Shown here piece after piece: positions 13,070 to 26,400 of a stretch of 64,000 nt of DNA (the first letter of the stretch is position 1; every line of letters starts with the position of its first letter). The position numbers were made by a program, and so were the translations under genes. The stretch comes from Eledone cirrhosa (lineage: Eukaryota), in NCBI GenBank assembly GCA_964016885.1, contig OZ024743.1:341124001-341188000 (forward strand). Direction: 5' to 3'. The notes below the pieces were generated by a model. That model worked only from the letters and a program-made list of their open reading frames with translations. It did not search any database and was not told the DNA's origin.

Positions 13070-16000
13070 ATGGCTGTTATAAGAGTTGGATGTTTAAATG
13101 TGCGCGGCCTGGGGATGTCCTGGAAGCAGGGCAAACTCTTAAATGACCTCAGGTCGCACAGAATGTATGTGATAGCTATTTGCGAGTCCAGGATCAGCAG
13201 CGAGCACCAACTGACCCCCATCTTCGACGACTTTTAGATCTATGCATCTCTCTGTCAGCCGAGTGGGGGGGGGGGGAGGTCGTTCGGCTGCGAAAACACC
13301 TGGGACTCGCAACACGGAAGGTAGACCTTGACGCAGAAGGTCCACTGGTGGTTCTAGACGTCGGCAGTAGTGAAGGTAGAGCCTTCAGGCTGGTGACAGC
13401 GTATGCCCCATCTGGGACACCGCGAGCGGACTTCTTCCAGCGCCTAGAGACTTTTCTGGGAACGTTTCGCTCCTTTCTTTTAGTGGGAGACTGGAATGGT
13501 ATCCTGGATACACGTTGGGGCTATGTAGGGGCATGTCCAGATAGAGGGGGGTGTAAGAGCCTCAAACGGTTAATCGGCCGATAAGATCTGACCGATAGAT
13601 ATCGACTAGATTTTCCGACTGTGTCACTGTGGACGTGGACTAATCGCTTCGGAACATCTAGGTCGTACCTAGATAGGTTCCTAGTTAGAAATAAGGATAG
13701 GGACATATTAAGCTGTCCACGAATGATCATGGTTGACTATTCGGATCACAAGTTGGTGACCGGAGTGGTGAACGTTGATAGAAACCATAGACAAGGAGCC
13801 GGTTACTGGAAGCTAAACTTGTCCTTACCGACAAACAAAGCTTACAGTAAGAGGATTAGCATTCTAGTTAAGCAGCGGTTGACGGGGGCAATTATTAACA
13901 GCAGGTGGTGGGGCTCTCTCAAGAGAGAAATTAGAATAGAATCGATAGGTTTTAGTAAGGAATTAGCATCAGATGGGAATAGAACTGAAAGGGAATTGAT
14001 ATATAAAGTAGAACAGGCGATTAGGAGTGGCAACGTGGCCGGCGTGCTGGCGCCAAGAACGGCCCTAGATCAGTTCTTTGACGCGAAGCACGAGGGCTGC
14101 GTTGTCAGGAGTAAAATACGTGCTCTGGGTAATGAGGGAGCCAAAGCTGTTAGCTGGGCCCGAGTGACAGAGGCAAAAAGTGGAAACAAGGCCACGATTC
14201 GGTCTTTGAAAGACCAGGATGGACGCGTGATCCTTGAACCTGAGCGGATGTGCGCGGCCTTCAACGGCGCTTTGCACAACTGTTCGGGAGGGGCGGCGGG
14301 CCGGGTGAGGCCATGGATTTTGGTCCATACCTCGACAGTCTGCCGCGGCTCTCGGACAGGGAGGCGAAGTCCTGCGAAAGGCCGATTTCAGCCGCTGAAA
14401 TAGGGGAAGCGCTGAGCCAATGCGGCAAACGAACTTTATGTAGGGATGCCGGACTTGTTCTCCGATTTCCTCGAGGCAGTCTACTGCAACTGGCAACAGA
14501 ACTGGAGAATTCCAAGTTCTGTGACCAAGGGCATAGTCACGCTGGTGAGGAAGGACGAGAGCAAGGCGGATGACATAGATAACTTCAGGCCCATAACTCT
14601 GCTAAACACAGAGTCAAAGATTTTGGCCAAGGTGTTAGCGAAGAGGTTGGCGCTTGTCGTCGCGAACCTGGTTGGAAAAGTGCAGACATGCGCAATCTCG
14701 TCCAGGTCCATACATGATAACCTCCACCTCATGCGATACATAGTAGAGAGAGTAGGGAACGAACCCGGCTTTGGTGTGGCCCTAATAAACTTGGATCAAT
14801 CTAAGGCGTTCGATAGGGTCGACCATCTGTACCTGGATGCGGTGCTCGCGACGGCAGGCTTCGGACACGTTTTCAGGGGCTGGATTGCACAGCAGCAACA
14901 CCTGCTCGAGGGTCAAAGTGAACGGCTACCTCTCTGATCCGTTCCAAATCGTGCAATCCATCCGACAGGGATGCCCTCTCTCCTCCCTTTTTTTCCCTTC
15001 TCTCGAGCCACTACTGCGGATGTTGGAGCTGTTGCAGGGAATCTCCTTGGAACTGGGATTGCGGAAAGCGGTGTCGGCCTACGCCGATGACGTGACAGTA
15101 ATGGTGTCGTGCGCCTCGGAAATGGGGCAGATCGTAATCGTAGGAATACGAAAGGTTTACAGGAGCCAAGGTGAACCGGGACAAATTCGTCGGTTTGCAT
15201 CTCGGAACGTGGAGAGGCAGACCGATGCCCCCCGACGGCGTCGTCGGACGCTGGACGGAGGCACCGGTGAAGCTGCTCGGGGTCTGGTTCGGAGCGGACC
15301 TCCAGGTGGAAAAAAACTGGGACGAGGTAACGGGCAGGATGTCTGCACTCGCCCAGAAGTGGGCTGCGTGCAAACTATCCCAAAAGGTCGAGTGGAGGGG
15401 GCGAACACTTATATAGCATCCGTCATCTACTACCACTTAATCGTCGTGCCTTGCTCAGCGAAAACGCTGGCCAAAATGGAGCGCGCGCTCATCCGATTCC
15501 TTTGGAAGAAGAGGGCCCCTTTGGTGAGAAGATCCATCTGCTATCAGTACCCTTCGAACGGAGGGTTGGGGTTGCCATGGCTGACGATGCTTAGACACGC
15601 TTTAAGGCTGCGGCACCTCCAGGTATTCCTCGCCGGTCAGCCGGTGTGGGCCCCTTTTGTGAGGTGAGTCTTTCCGAGACTCGTCTCACTCACCGCACTG
15701 CAATCATGGGCCAAGCAAAGACCGAGAAAAGTGGGTGACTGGCACATTGAATGTGCTCAGGCGCTCATGGCCCACTGGCAAGCGAATCCGGCAATCAGTG
15801 GAGACTCAACCTCAACATTCTATAGAGGGTTGGTGCGCAGCAAGTACGACGACGCTCTCGGAGAGGCTCTGGGCTAGCCAGTCTGTTCGGTAGGATGTTT
15901 GGGCCGGGACCGATGGATAACTTCCAAATGTCCCTGGCTTGGCAGTGCTACCGAGGAGCTCTACCCGTTCGTGACAAGCTCTACAGACACGGGCGCCCGG

Positions 16001-16440
16001 GTAGGGACCCCTCGAAGAAGATCTGTCCGAGATGCGTGCATGACGAGGAAACCGTCGCGCACGCATTCGTACACTGCCCGGGCATTGCTGACCTGTAGGG
16101 CTATGTGGAACGACTACTGTCTCGGGTGGGACTAATCCGGTTGACCACCGAGTACACTGTCACGATCAAACCGCCTGCCCCCTTCAAAATCGAAGGAGAG
16201 GCGGTTTTCCTCTGTGTGATAGCTATGGCGAAAGAGGTTGTTTGGTGTACGAGGTTGAAAGGGCTGAGGTGAGACACTTTTCTCTCCGGCCGACGATTGG
16301 TCCTTTTTTTCAAGTACCATTTTAGAAGAAGGATCAGAATGGAGAGAGAGGTGCTCTACCCCAGCAAGCTTTACGAAAGGTGGGTGAAAATGGCGAGAAT
16401 GGCTCGAGTGAATGGGTCTTCTCTCTATATCAGCCTGTAG
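13070..16440 (+). pseudogene. Tx1/L1-like ORF2 (APE endonuclease, RT, C-terminal CCHC), multiple stops and frameshifts
   Basis: GCLNVRGL, AYAPS, VGDWNG, SYLDRFLV, SDHK, GYWKLN, NFRPITLLN, LDQSKAFDRVDH, QGCPLS, YADD, GGLGLP, CPRC..ETVAHAFVHC. Confidence 0.92.
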
Positions 16441-16740
16441 GTGAGAGAGGAGAAGAAGAAGGAGAGGAAGGGAGCACCCGCTCTTTGTGCTCCTGGGAAG
16501 GAGGAGGGTTGCACATTTCTTTCGGGGGGAGTGCGACCCACGTCAACACCCCCCCCCATTGAGGACTTCGATTGTTGAATTTGATTTGTTATATGTTTTT
16601 ACACGTCCTTTGAAATGTATGTAAACTCCCCCTCCCCTTGTATTTGTCCCAATCTTTGATGCCCTGGTTGCAAATAAATAGAAAGTTATCTATCTATCTA
16701 TCTATATATCTTTATATATGTATATATATATATACGTATG

Positions 16741-16773
<33 letters not shown>

Positions 16774-16786
16774 TATATATATATAC

Positions 16787-16821
<35 letters not shown>

Positions 16822-18420
16822 CATGCATATACATATACAGTCACACATACACACACACACATATATATATATATGCATATATTTGTGTGTGTTTGTGTGT
16901 ATGTGTGCCTGCTTTTATGTTAATGAATTGAATGTTCTTTTGAAATAATTTATAACATATTCAGGTATATATTAAAAAAAAACAAAAGACAAAAACAATT
17001 ACAACATAATAGGGAATATTTGATATGAAGGTAGCCTTAGAAAAATGAATATCAACGATATTGAATGAGAATGACAAAAGAAATGTAATACTATTGCTGA
17101 ATGGAAATCAAGCGGAATGATATACCATTATTTCCATTTTCCCATGGTACAATGGTTTGACATTTATGAATTAGTTTGAGATAATGCTGAATTGGTTTCT
17201 ATATACTAACATGGATTTCTGAGAAAGTTGGAGATTTTAATGACGATTTTTTTTATCTGTTTATGATATATTATTTGAATGTTAATGGGATAATATGCAT
17301 GATTGTCAATGTAAAGTATCGTCTTTCATATTTATGTACAGCGGTTTTGTGAAAAAAATGTTATGCCACTATTCAGTCTGTTTTCGTATGGAATAATGAG
17401 GAAAAATTGCAGTACTCACAAGAAATTTTTCATATGTAAATCAATAAATAAGCATAAATTGGCATTTAAACCGACATGTCATGTCTATCTTATTGGAAAC
17501 AGAGTGCTCGACAGAATGTATAAATAAATGAATGCATTCATATATTTAAAATGTCATATATAGTATTCATTTTACAGAGGGTGGGTACAATCACAAATAA
17601 AAAAAACCGAGACACAGCAAAAAATATATATGGATTAGGTGTATATTGTATATGTATGTATATATTTGTTAGTGTGTGTGTTTTCCATGATTTCCAACGT
17701 CATCACTACGCCTCTCCAATAAAAAAAAGTAATATTTTTACAGCTGAAGTACTTCCCTTTTTATATTTACAACAACAACAATGGAACTTCTTCTTAGTAA
17801 CACGACCTGCTAGAAATAACAGCCAAATCACCCTGAAATCTTCTTTCTCAAATAAATAGAAAAAATTAATGATGCATTACACAATGAATTAGCTGGAAAC
17901 GGAAGTTGCCTGATAGTGGCTAGACATTCTTCGATCATAGATGCAATGAACAGATCTTGGGGAAAATAAACTACATCATGTGCCGAAATTCAATGTAAAA
18001 TGGCAGGGCTCCAAATATTATTAACCTGGTTTTAGGTATGATATATTTAGAGATATGTGGGTGTCCGATAGTACATGGAGGTACGGTGACTCGCCAGTAT
18101 TAGAGCAGCAAACGGATTTTCAAGTGAATGTAGATACTATGATAGCGGAGTTGAAAAGGCACCTAAGTTGCTTAGACTACCATACATCTGTCGTTGACAA
18201 ATGGTGGTAATAACTGTGGCAAACAGTAGATAGTTCTAAAAGATGCAGCTTCGATTCCAGAGATAATGATAAGGGAAGTGTAAGTCGCCCCGATCTAGGT
18301 TTTCGAAAGCTGTACTTACTTGGGTGCCAGTAATGGAATGTCAGAATAGAGAACCTGTGATTTCGATGCAACTTCGATCCAACAAGCTCAGGAGGCCGTA
18401 ATGACCTCTTCCTTGGTAAG

Positions 18421-18534
<114 letters not shown>

Positions 18535-20456
18535 GTAAATATCTTTAAGTCGTTTGGAAGCCTCGACAATGCAAATGGGTAAATCTCCGGGTAACAAGAT
18601 CCGGTGGTGGAGAGAGAGATGTAAGTACGTTGAGATGCGTGGTGTGTATAAGACGTGTAGAGGAAGGAAGGAAAGAGTATAAAGGATGAAATATAAATAC
18701 CAACACGAGAGAGAGAGTTACCTTGGGAGAGATTTAATTGTCCCTATATATTTCGGATTCACATCCATCAACTGGGGTTTTTTTCCGGGGTGGGGGAAAG
18801 GTTGTCTGTCGGAAAGGTCTGAAACGCGTCCTCCGCTGCTTGTTGTTTTGAATATCTGAGGTATTCGGCAGAGCGCGCGTTCGCGTGAAATGGGGTCGGT
18901 CGGGCAGAGGTCAGCGGCCGAATGTGGGAGTAGGGTGGCGCTAGCTGTCAGTCCATTCTCTGCCTGTTTGTTAAATGTTACTGTGTGTGTGTGTGTGTGC
19001 GTGTGTTGTTGTCTCGCTTGAGTGTGTGTGTGTGTGCATGAGTTGTTACCTTGTTCCTCTGTATTGGCAGTGTAGTATGTTCGTATAGTGGAATGCTACC
19101 GTGAGTGTGCGTGTGCGTGTGTAGTTGCCTCGTTTGTGTGTGTGTGTGCGTGTGTTGCTGCATCGTTTATTAACTTAAACCAGCCACCTCATTTCGCTTC
19201 TCTCGGATCGATTGTTTATTTGCGGTGCCAGGCGTTTGATAAAAAGCGCTTCTTTGATACGTAAAGTGCCGGCGTTTCTTCACAGTCGCTAGAATTGTGA
19301 CAATGGTCCTTCCGTCTTTGTTTCCGGAAAGACGAGGCTCTAGTTTTAGTGTGTTCCTTGATCCGGATGTGCAAAGGTCGGATTGTGCTACCTATATAGT
19401 ATTGGTTGCACCTGTCACATTCTATCTTATACACGACGTATGTGCGTAGGCAACAGTTCGCATGGCGTATCGGGCGGTCTCTGAGGGAGCACGCGTCAGT
19501 AGATTTCCCGGGTTTCCTGGAGAGGCATCTTCGCAGGGAGAGGCCTGAGTGGGCTAGGTGGATGTCGAGGCTCTCCCTCCGTATAGCCTTGCGGATAGCG
19601 TTGGTGGTATTCTCGCCCAGGTGTGGAATTTTAAGGAAGCACTTGCTTTGGGTGCCTCTCTGTCTCTTGTGTCTGGTGTCTCCCACTCTGTCTGTGAGCG
19701 AGGTAGGGTACCCGTCGTTTCCAGCACCTCGAGGAATCGCTTGGTATGAGTGACACCACTCGCGGGATAACTGCATCTGTTTTTGATTCGCGCGATCTCG
19801 TTCGTGATGTATCCTCTTTTGGCACTGTTAGGGAGGGCGGACTTGTAGTGAACGAACAGGTCCCTGCAGGCTGCCTTTCGGTAGAAGTTGCAGTGGATCC
19901 CTCCCTGTTCCGTGATGTTAATTCGGAAGTCGAGGAGAGCAAGTGACCCGTCTTCGTTGGGGTGTTCAACACTGAAGTCAATGTTCTCGTCCGTGTTGTT
20001 GAACGTCTCATAGATTCTGTTCGCCGTGTCTTGGGAAGATGTGAGGATGAGAATATCGTCCACGTACCTTGAGAAAAAGGCGACGGCGTTGGGGTGGCAG
20101 GCGTTGAGTGCCTTGCGCTCGAGGTTGTCCATGTAAGAGATCGCTAGCACACCCGACAGGTTGATCCCATGGGCAATCCCGAGGTTTGTTGGTGGGTTTG
20201 GTCAAGGAATCCGAAGTAGGTGTTGTCCACGACACGGCGAACAGAATCTATGAGACGTTCAACAACACGGACGAGGACATTGACTTGCCCTCCTCAACTT
20301 CCGAATCAACATCACGGAACAGGGAAGGGTCCACTGCAACTTCTACCGAAAGGCAGCCTGCAGGGACCTGTTCGTTCACTACAAGTCCTCCCTCCCTAAC
20401 AGTGCCAAAAGAGGATACATCACGAACGAGATCGCGCGAATCAAAAACAGATGCAG
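18535..20456 (-). mobile_element. 5'-truncated Penelope-like element (RT + GIY-YIG) with an inverted 5' segment (20230-20456)
   Basis: GLPMG, SRYVDDILI, LLDFRINI..FYRK, YVVYKIECDRCNQYYIGSTIRPLHIRIKEH; frameshifted; 3' end abuts (TA)n/(CA)n; 20230-20456 is an inverted copy of 19770-20030. Confidence 0.88.
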
Positions 20457-20459
20457 CGA

Positions 20460-20660
20460 TCTCCTCTCCATTCCACTGATGCTGTCCAAAGGAAAGGCAA
20501 TGGCTGATACACTTTGGCACCAGTGACGTCGCAACTTATTTCTACAGCTGACTGAACTGGAGAAACGTGAAATAAAATTTCTTGCTTAAGAACACAACAC
20601 TTGGTTCGAGAATCGAACTCACAACTTCTCAGTTGCAAGCCCGACGCTCTAACCACTAAG
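20460..20660 (-). mobile_element. tRNA-derived SINE, family 2
   Basis: agtggttagagcg A-box region, GAGTTCGATTC B-box, tgtgttcttaagcaag..ttatttcac core; related to 62021-62290. Confidence 0.7.
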
Positions 20661-21439
20661 CTTATATAGGTGGCGTGGCGATGCTGGAAGTGGGCTTCAA
20701 CAGATCAGAATTCAATTGATTACTAGAAAATTCTCTTGGCTTAAATAGAAATTACTTTTTCTACATAAAATCATCCATTTATAGCGTTATAAAGTATTGA
20801 ATACTCATTCCGTTCGACAATATTTAATTTACGTATATATGGTTATATATATATATATAACCATATATATATATATATCTGTGTGTCTATGTGTGTGTGT
20901 GTGAATGTGTGTGAGTGTGTTTATATATATCACAGCGTTTGTTTCCACCAAACTCGTTAAAAAAGAGCTGCTATTACTCTTTCTCATCAAGCGTGGTGGC
21001 CTCAATATTCTCTTTACGGCTTTTGCTTCTATTGACTGAACTAGTGTATATTTTTACTGTTTTGTTTTTATCATGTTGCTGTGTACCGTTTTTTTAATTC
21101 ATTGGGGGTTTTTATGTTGTATTAACATGTTTATCTTTGCTTCTTATATTATGTTAGGGGGTTCTATTCTCATGCTTTTGCTATTCTATTTGTGGTTTAT
21201 ATATTTGGTATGCTTTTCTAGTGTTTGCTTTTATAAGCTTATTGGATAAAAACATATATTTAGTATATTTTGAGATCAATAGGGATCTTTTCCTTCGGTT
21301 ATAAATAAATACTTACATACATATATACATTCAAATATATATACATTCATATATACATAAAGACATACAGCGATGTATATACACATGCATTTATATTTGT
21401 ATGTACATATATATATATAAACATATCTATATCTATATT

Positions 21440-21470
<31 letters not shown>

Positions 21471-22109
21471 ATCTATATATGCATACATATAATATATATA
21501 TATATATGTATATATATTGAAGTATATATATAGAAGTATATATGTATATATGTATATATGTATAATTATATGTATATATATATATATGTATATATATAGT
21601 TAATGCTTGGTACTAACATAAGGATGTGTATTTGTATTCAATGTATATTTCCGATGTCCTGCTAGTAATTTCATCAGTTATTGAAAGACTAGTTATAAGG
21701 AAAATCTGGTTACCCAAGACACAAGTCAATGTTTGATTCGATAAATCCCCAACTGAATGGAACACTGTGTTAAAGCTGTTAATTTAATTACTGATGTCAA
21801 ACATGTTCTAGCTTCTTTCACTGAATGCGGGTTGTGGTCGTTTGATTATTGATGATTAGTGTGAAAAAGAAAAGTTAACGTATTCTTTATGTTCTAGACT
21901 TGCCTGTTTTCTATATGCTTTAATTCCATTTGAAATCAAGATGCTACTACCAAAGTAGAACAGCATGCACTAATTCAATTGGAGGTCCTACGTACCATGA
22001 AGTAAAAGAATAAAAGTATTGGACCTCTGGACTTCTATTGATAACGCAAAAGTCATAGATTATAAATACAAACATAGGCACACATGCACACACATGCACT
22101 CGTACCCAC

Positions 22110-22140
<31 letters not shown>

Positions 22141-22143
<3 letters not shown>

Positions 22144-22335
22144 AACGAGTAGGACCCCGACGGCTGAGCTCAAGCCGTTTCGACGGCTAATTCTAGACAA
22201 GAATTAGCCGTCGAAACGGCTTGAGCTCAGCCGTCGGGGTCCTACTCGTTCCTATTACTCACTCTACTACCCTAAGTATTGAGTACTTTGGTGCGTTACG
22301 GTCCACCTGGTTCCTTACCACATTTCCTTCGTTAT
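22141..22335 (+). mobile_element. PLE-type 3' stub with a perfect 5' inversion (arms ~55 bp) holding the 3' half of a hammerhead
   Basis: 22141-22194 is the reverse complement of ~22200-22253; GAAA cggct tgagctc agccg TC; flanked by (TA)n. Confidence 0.6.
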
Positions 22336-23173
22336 ATATATATATATACACTGAAACACATACACACATATATATTTAGGAGTGGGTTAATAGAAAAGAA
22401 AAGCGAAGTCAACACATAATGTGTAAGTTGATAGTATTTTTTATTAAGAGTTAGAATCATTTATGCAATACCGAGGATTTTTATAAAAGTAAAGACGTTA
22501 AACTCTCTCCGATGCTTGTAATTAAATGGGAAAACGAAGTGGAGAGTTCACATGAGTCTCATAGTATTAAGAACCTGCACTAGTTATTTCAGATCACATA
22601 GTGGTGTTGGTTAATCAGTGCCACCATTTCAATATGTATTTCTTGGGTAATACGTTAGTGGTGATGAATCTATCCATAGACCCCTTCATGATGCCTGTTT
22701 TCTGGAGTGTTTTCGACATCATCAAGGATTATTCTGGGTATTTTTTATCACCACTGGTTTTAATGTTTATTTTGCATGAATGATGTTAGACTCAGTGTCA
22801 TTTTGATGACTGTGAGGTTAGAGTCTGAATGATGATAGCGTTTTTATGGTGTACATGTAAGTTCGATAATGAGAACTGTCTGCACCACATAGACGTATGA
22901 GGCATGACGGAGATCTAAGGTGGTATTGCGTGTTATCCTGCCTAATAGTTTTAAATTGGCTAACAACGCAACAAATTCGCTTTTCCATTGATAGATGTCG
23001 GAAAATTCGAAGATGCACACCCAGCGATGTTGAATTTAATGCAGGGGATTTTGTTCTTTTGATCGCACATGCCCCGGATGTTACTGGAGTGGGAGGTGGA
23101 ATTATCCCCCCTTTTCGTACAGTTAAATGAGTGGATATGTCAGTTTGTATGGCTGCGAAAAGCCAGTTATAAA

Positions 23174-23254
<81 letters not shown>

Positions 23255-23255
<1 letters not shown>

Positions 23256-23340
23256 ACCCGGGTTCAATCGGGGGTAACCACAGTAAGTAAGGTACTACAG
23301 GACTGGAACAGTTTCACTCCAAGGAAATCATCAGGAAACC
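23255..23340 (-). mobile_element. Short family A stub with hammerhead-like core
   Basis: CTGATGA tttccttggagt GAAA ctg ttc cag TC; tail gtaccttacttactgtggttac shared with 43800-43840. Confidence 0.55.
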
Positions 23341-23359
23341 ACATATATATCTATATATA

Positions 23360-23447
<88 letters not shown>

Positions 23448-23550
23448 GGTTTGAAGGTTCACCTCTGGAAAGAGCTGGTCAATCCAGTGGTGAACCTTCA
23501 AACCTGAATAAATAATGCTCCCGAAATGTTGAGCACTTCCAAATGTAATA

Positions 23551-23737
23551 ATTGTTTCTACTTTTGGCACAAGGCCAGCAATTACTCAGTGCATTACTGG
23601 TACTTTATTTTATCGACCCCATAAGGATGAAAGGCAAAGATAACCTCGGCGGGATTTGAACTCAGATTGGAAAGGGCCGTAACTCTATGCAGTCAAAGCA
23701 TGGTGTCCGACCCTCTACCGATACTACCAATCCACCA
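23551..23737 (-). mobile_element. tRNA-derived SINE, family 1
   Basis: Near full-length match to the other copies. Confidence 0.85.
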
Positions 23738-24002
23738 ATAGCGGCATGGGACTGAATAGTTCTAACCACTATTCGGATTTTGGCTACTCTGCGCTTTGTC
23801 TACCGCCTACCTGGCCCAATGTTACTTCCTTCTCGGAATATTCAGACTTCGACCAAATTCTACGGATTATACCATAACCTGTATTGTACTGTACTGTATT
23901 GACTAAATTCTCTACCCTAAACTTCAGGGCCTTTGTAACTCACACTGAATTCTCAGACTCGAACACACACTGATTCCATTTCCATATCTATATGCATTAT
24001 CT

Positions 24003-24180
24003 GTTGGCAGTATCAGTAGAGGGTCGGACGCCATGCTTTCCAGCATAGTTACGTCCCTTTACGATCTGAGTTCAAATCCCGCCGAGGTAGACTTTGCCTT
24101 TCATCCTTACAGGGTCGATAAAATAAAGTACCAGTAATGCATTGAGTAATTACTGGCCTTGTGCCTAAAGTAGAGACAAT
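24003..24180 (+). mobile_element. tRNA-derived SINE, family 1
   Basis: ttggcagtatcagtagagggtcggacgcc...gagttcaaatccc...gtgcctaaagtagagacaa. Confidence 0.85.
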
Positions 24181-24489
24181 TATCTGACTGCAACTTGAAC
24201 AATATTGTATTTCTCCTGTGTTTTGATTTCTCCATTTTACTCCACCACCACTCTTATTTATTTTTATTTTTCTACCTTTACTCTATTAATGTGCTTTTTC
24301 TACGTATTCTACTTTTACCTATCCATGTATTCTTACTCCTATTATTCGGACTTTTAATCGCTTGTACCCATTAGCACACGACACTAGAATGTCTCCCCCG
24401 AGAACAACAATACCTATTACCCGGACTACCAGGCGACCTAGATATAGTCTATTTGCACTTCATCGAGTTTTACAATTGATTACACGCGA

Positions 24490-25890
24490 TGATCCGACTG
24501 TTGTGTTGGTTTTCCTGGCTGCGAGACCGGCCTCCTGGTGCATGGCCCAACCTTGAGTGCTTGGAAAAATAAATTTCCCCTTCTTTCGGTAAATGAAATT
24601 ACTCGGAGCGGATTGATTCGCCCAGGGCCCGCTGCGCAGCCACTTTTTGACCGCCATAGAGTACCTTTAAATTCTAGGCCTAATCATAAATATTAGCTGT
24701 ATCAGGCCTCCCTCTACTTAAAAAATTCCCCTCCTGTATAAATTAATAGTACTCGTTTGGTATAACGATGGCCTAACGACGAGGGCTGACTTCCCACTAG
24801 CACACCCGAAGCCTGGAATACATTCCTTGAGTGCTTGGAATAATTGATATCCATATCTTTCGCTAGGCAATCTCACTCGGAATGGCTGACATGTGATTAG
24901 GATGGGCTGGTCGGGTTCTGTAGTCGCCGCAAGCTGTCTGACTGCTAAACAAGGACATATTCCTTACTCTACATCCCACTAGGATAACTTATAGAGGATC
25001 TCTATAATACAATTAAAGTTTCTTCATAAAAGACTCTCTCTTTAACTAAACCTCGCAACCCGAAACCGTAAAACATTTTTTTAAACTGTTTAATTTTCAA
25101 TTTTCTAATTGTTTAATTTTCAATTTTCTAACCCTTTAATTTTATAATGTTAATCTTGAATTTTTTTAACTTCATCCTATAAATCTAAACAAAAATTTAA
25201 CGTTCCAATTTTCTGTCGGACTGTTGGGTTGGTTTTCCTGGCTGCGAAAACGGCCTCCTGGCGCATAGGCCTACCTTGAGTGCTTGGAAAAATAAATTTC
25301 CCCATGTTTCGGTAAATGAAATTACTCGGAGCGTCTTGATTCGCCCCAGGGACCCGACGCGCAGACGTTTTGACCGCCATATAGTACCTTTAAATTCTAG
25401 ACCCAATCATAACTATCAGATGTATCATGCCTCCCTCTACTTAAACAAATCCCCCTCCTGGGTAAATTAATAGTACTAGTTTAGTACAAGGATGGCCTAA
25501 CGACGAGGGCTGACTTCCCACTAGCACACGTGAAGCCTGATATACATTCCTAGAGTGCTTGGAAAAATTGATTTCCATATATTTCGCTAGGCGATCTCAC
25601 TTGGAATGGCTGACACGCGGTTAGGATGGGCTGGCCGGAGTCTGCAGTCGCCGCATGCTGTTTGACTGCTAAACAAGGACATAATCTTTACTCTATAATA
25701 CAATTAAAGTTTCTTCATAAAAAACTCCTTCTTTAACTATACCTCGCAACCCAAAACCTTAAAAATGTTAAACTGTTTAATTTTCAATTTTCTATTTTTT
25801 TTTAATTTTATAATGTTAATCTTAAATTTAAAAATTTTTGTAACTCGAACCTATAAATCTAAACAAAAATTTAACGTTCCAATCTTCTGC
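24490..25890 (+). repeat. Two-copy tandem repeat, unit ~723 bp, each unit with two related long hairpins
   Basis: CCT(T/A)GAGTGCTTGGAA at 24551, 24825, 25274 and 25549; units align end to end. Confidence 0.85.
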
Positions 25891-26352
25891 TCACACATTA
25901 TAACATGCAGACCCCCACTATATTTACCTCTGTTATAATATATACCTCCTTTAAAATAAATTTTTTCGCGGCATTGCTGGCCTGAGTGTAGCATGACATC
26001 AGTACGGACTTTTCTACCTCTTTCTTTCTGTCTTTCTTCTTGTAGCTTGACATTAACGCTGACTTTTCTTCTTCCTTTTCTTCCTCTTTATTTCGGTCTT
26101 TTTTCTTGTAGCATGATATTAATGCTGACTTGTCTCCCTCTTCCTTTCTGATTTTCTTCTATTTGATCGGCACGTTAGTAGCACAATATAAGCCGTGCCC
26201 ACCCCCCCACCAGATAGCCTCAAGTAGACCGAATAGCCAGCACTTGAGGGCGACCGGCTAAAGTGGAGGATGCTAGATGGTCGGTCGTCCTCGGGTCTAT
26301 GATTTTCAGCCCCATGGATTTTATTTATTACATTCAATTATTATATTTCGAA

Positions 26353-26400
26353 TACCTGATGATATCACCGGAACCCGGTCATTGAAATGATCATAGTATA
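26353..26400 (+). ncRNA. Minimal type I hammerhead ribozyme near the 3' end of a putative PLE tail
   Basis: atac CTGATGA tatc accgg aac ccggt catt GAAA tgatca TA gtat; palindromic stem III; (TA)n ~50 nt downstream. Confidence 0.7.

Larger units (their letters stand above)
11013..16686 (+). mobile_element. Full-length, decayed Tx1/L1-clade non-LTR retrotransposon inserted in a (TATC)n tract
   Basis: 5'UTR + ORF1 + ORF2 + 3'UTR with AATAAA; (TATC)n at 10976-11012 and 16687-16704. Confidence 0.9.

Noticed and set aside
20600-20660. tRNA gene
   Set aside because: A and B boxes are present but there is no acceptor stem, and it continues into a SINE body
24551-25565. CRISPR-like array from the fourfold 16-bp motif
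   Set aside because: Spacing alternates ~274 and ~449 bp, the spacers are themselves duplicated, the context is eukaryotic and there are no cas genes
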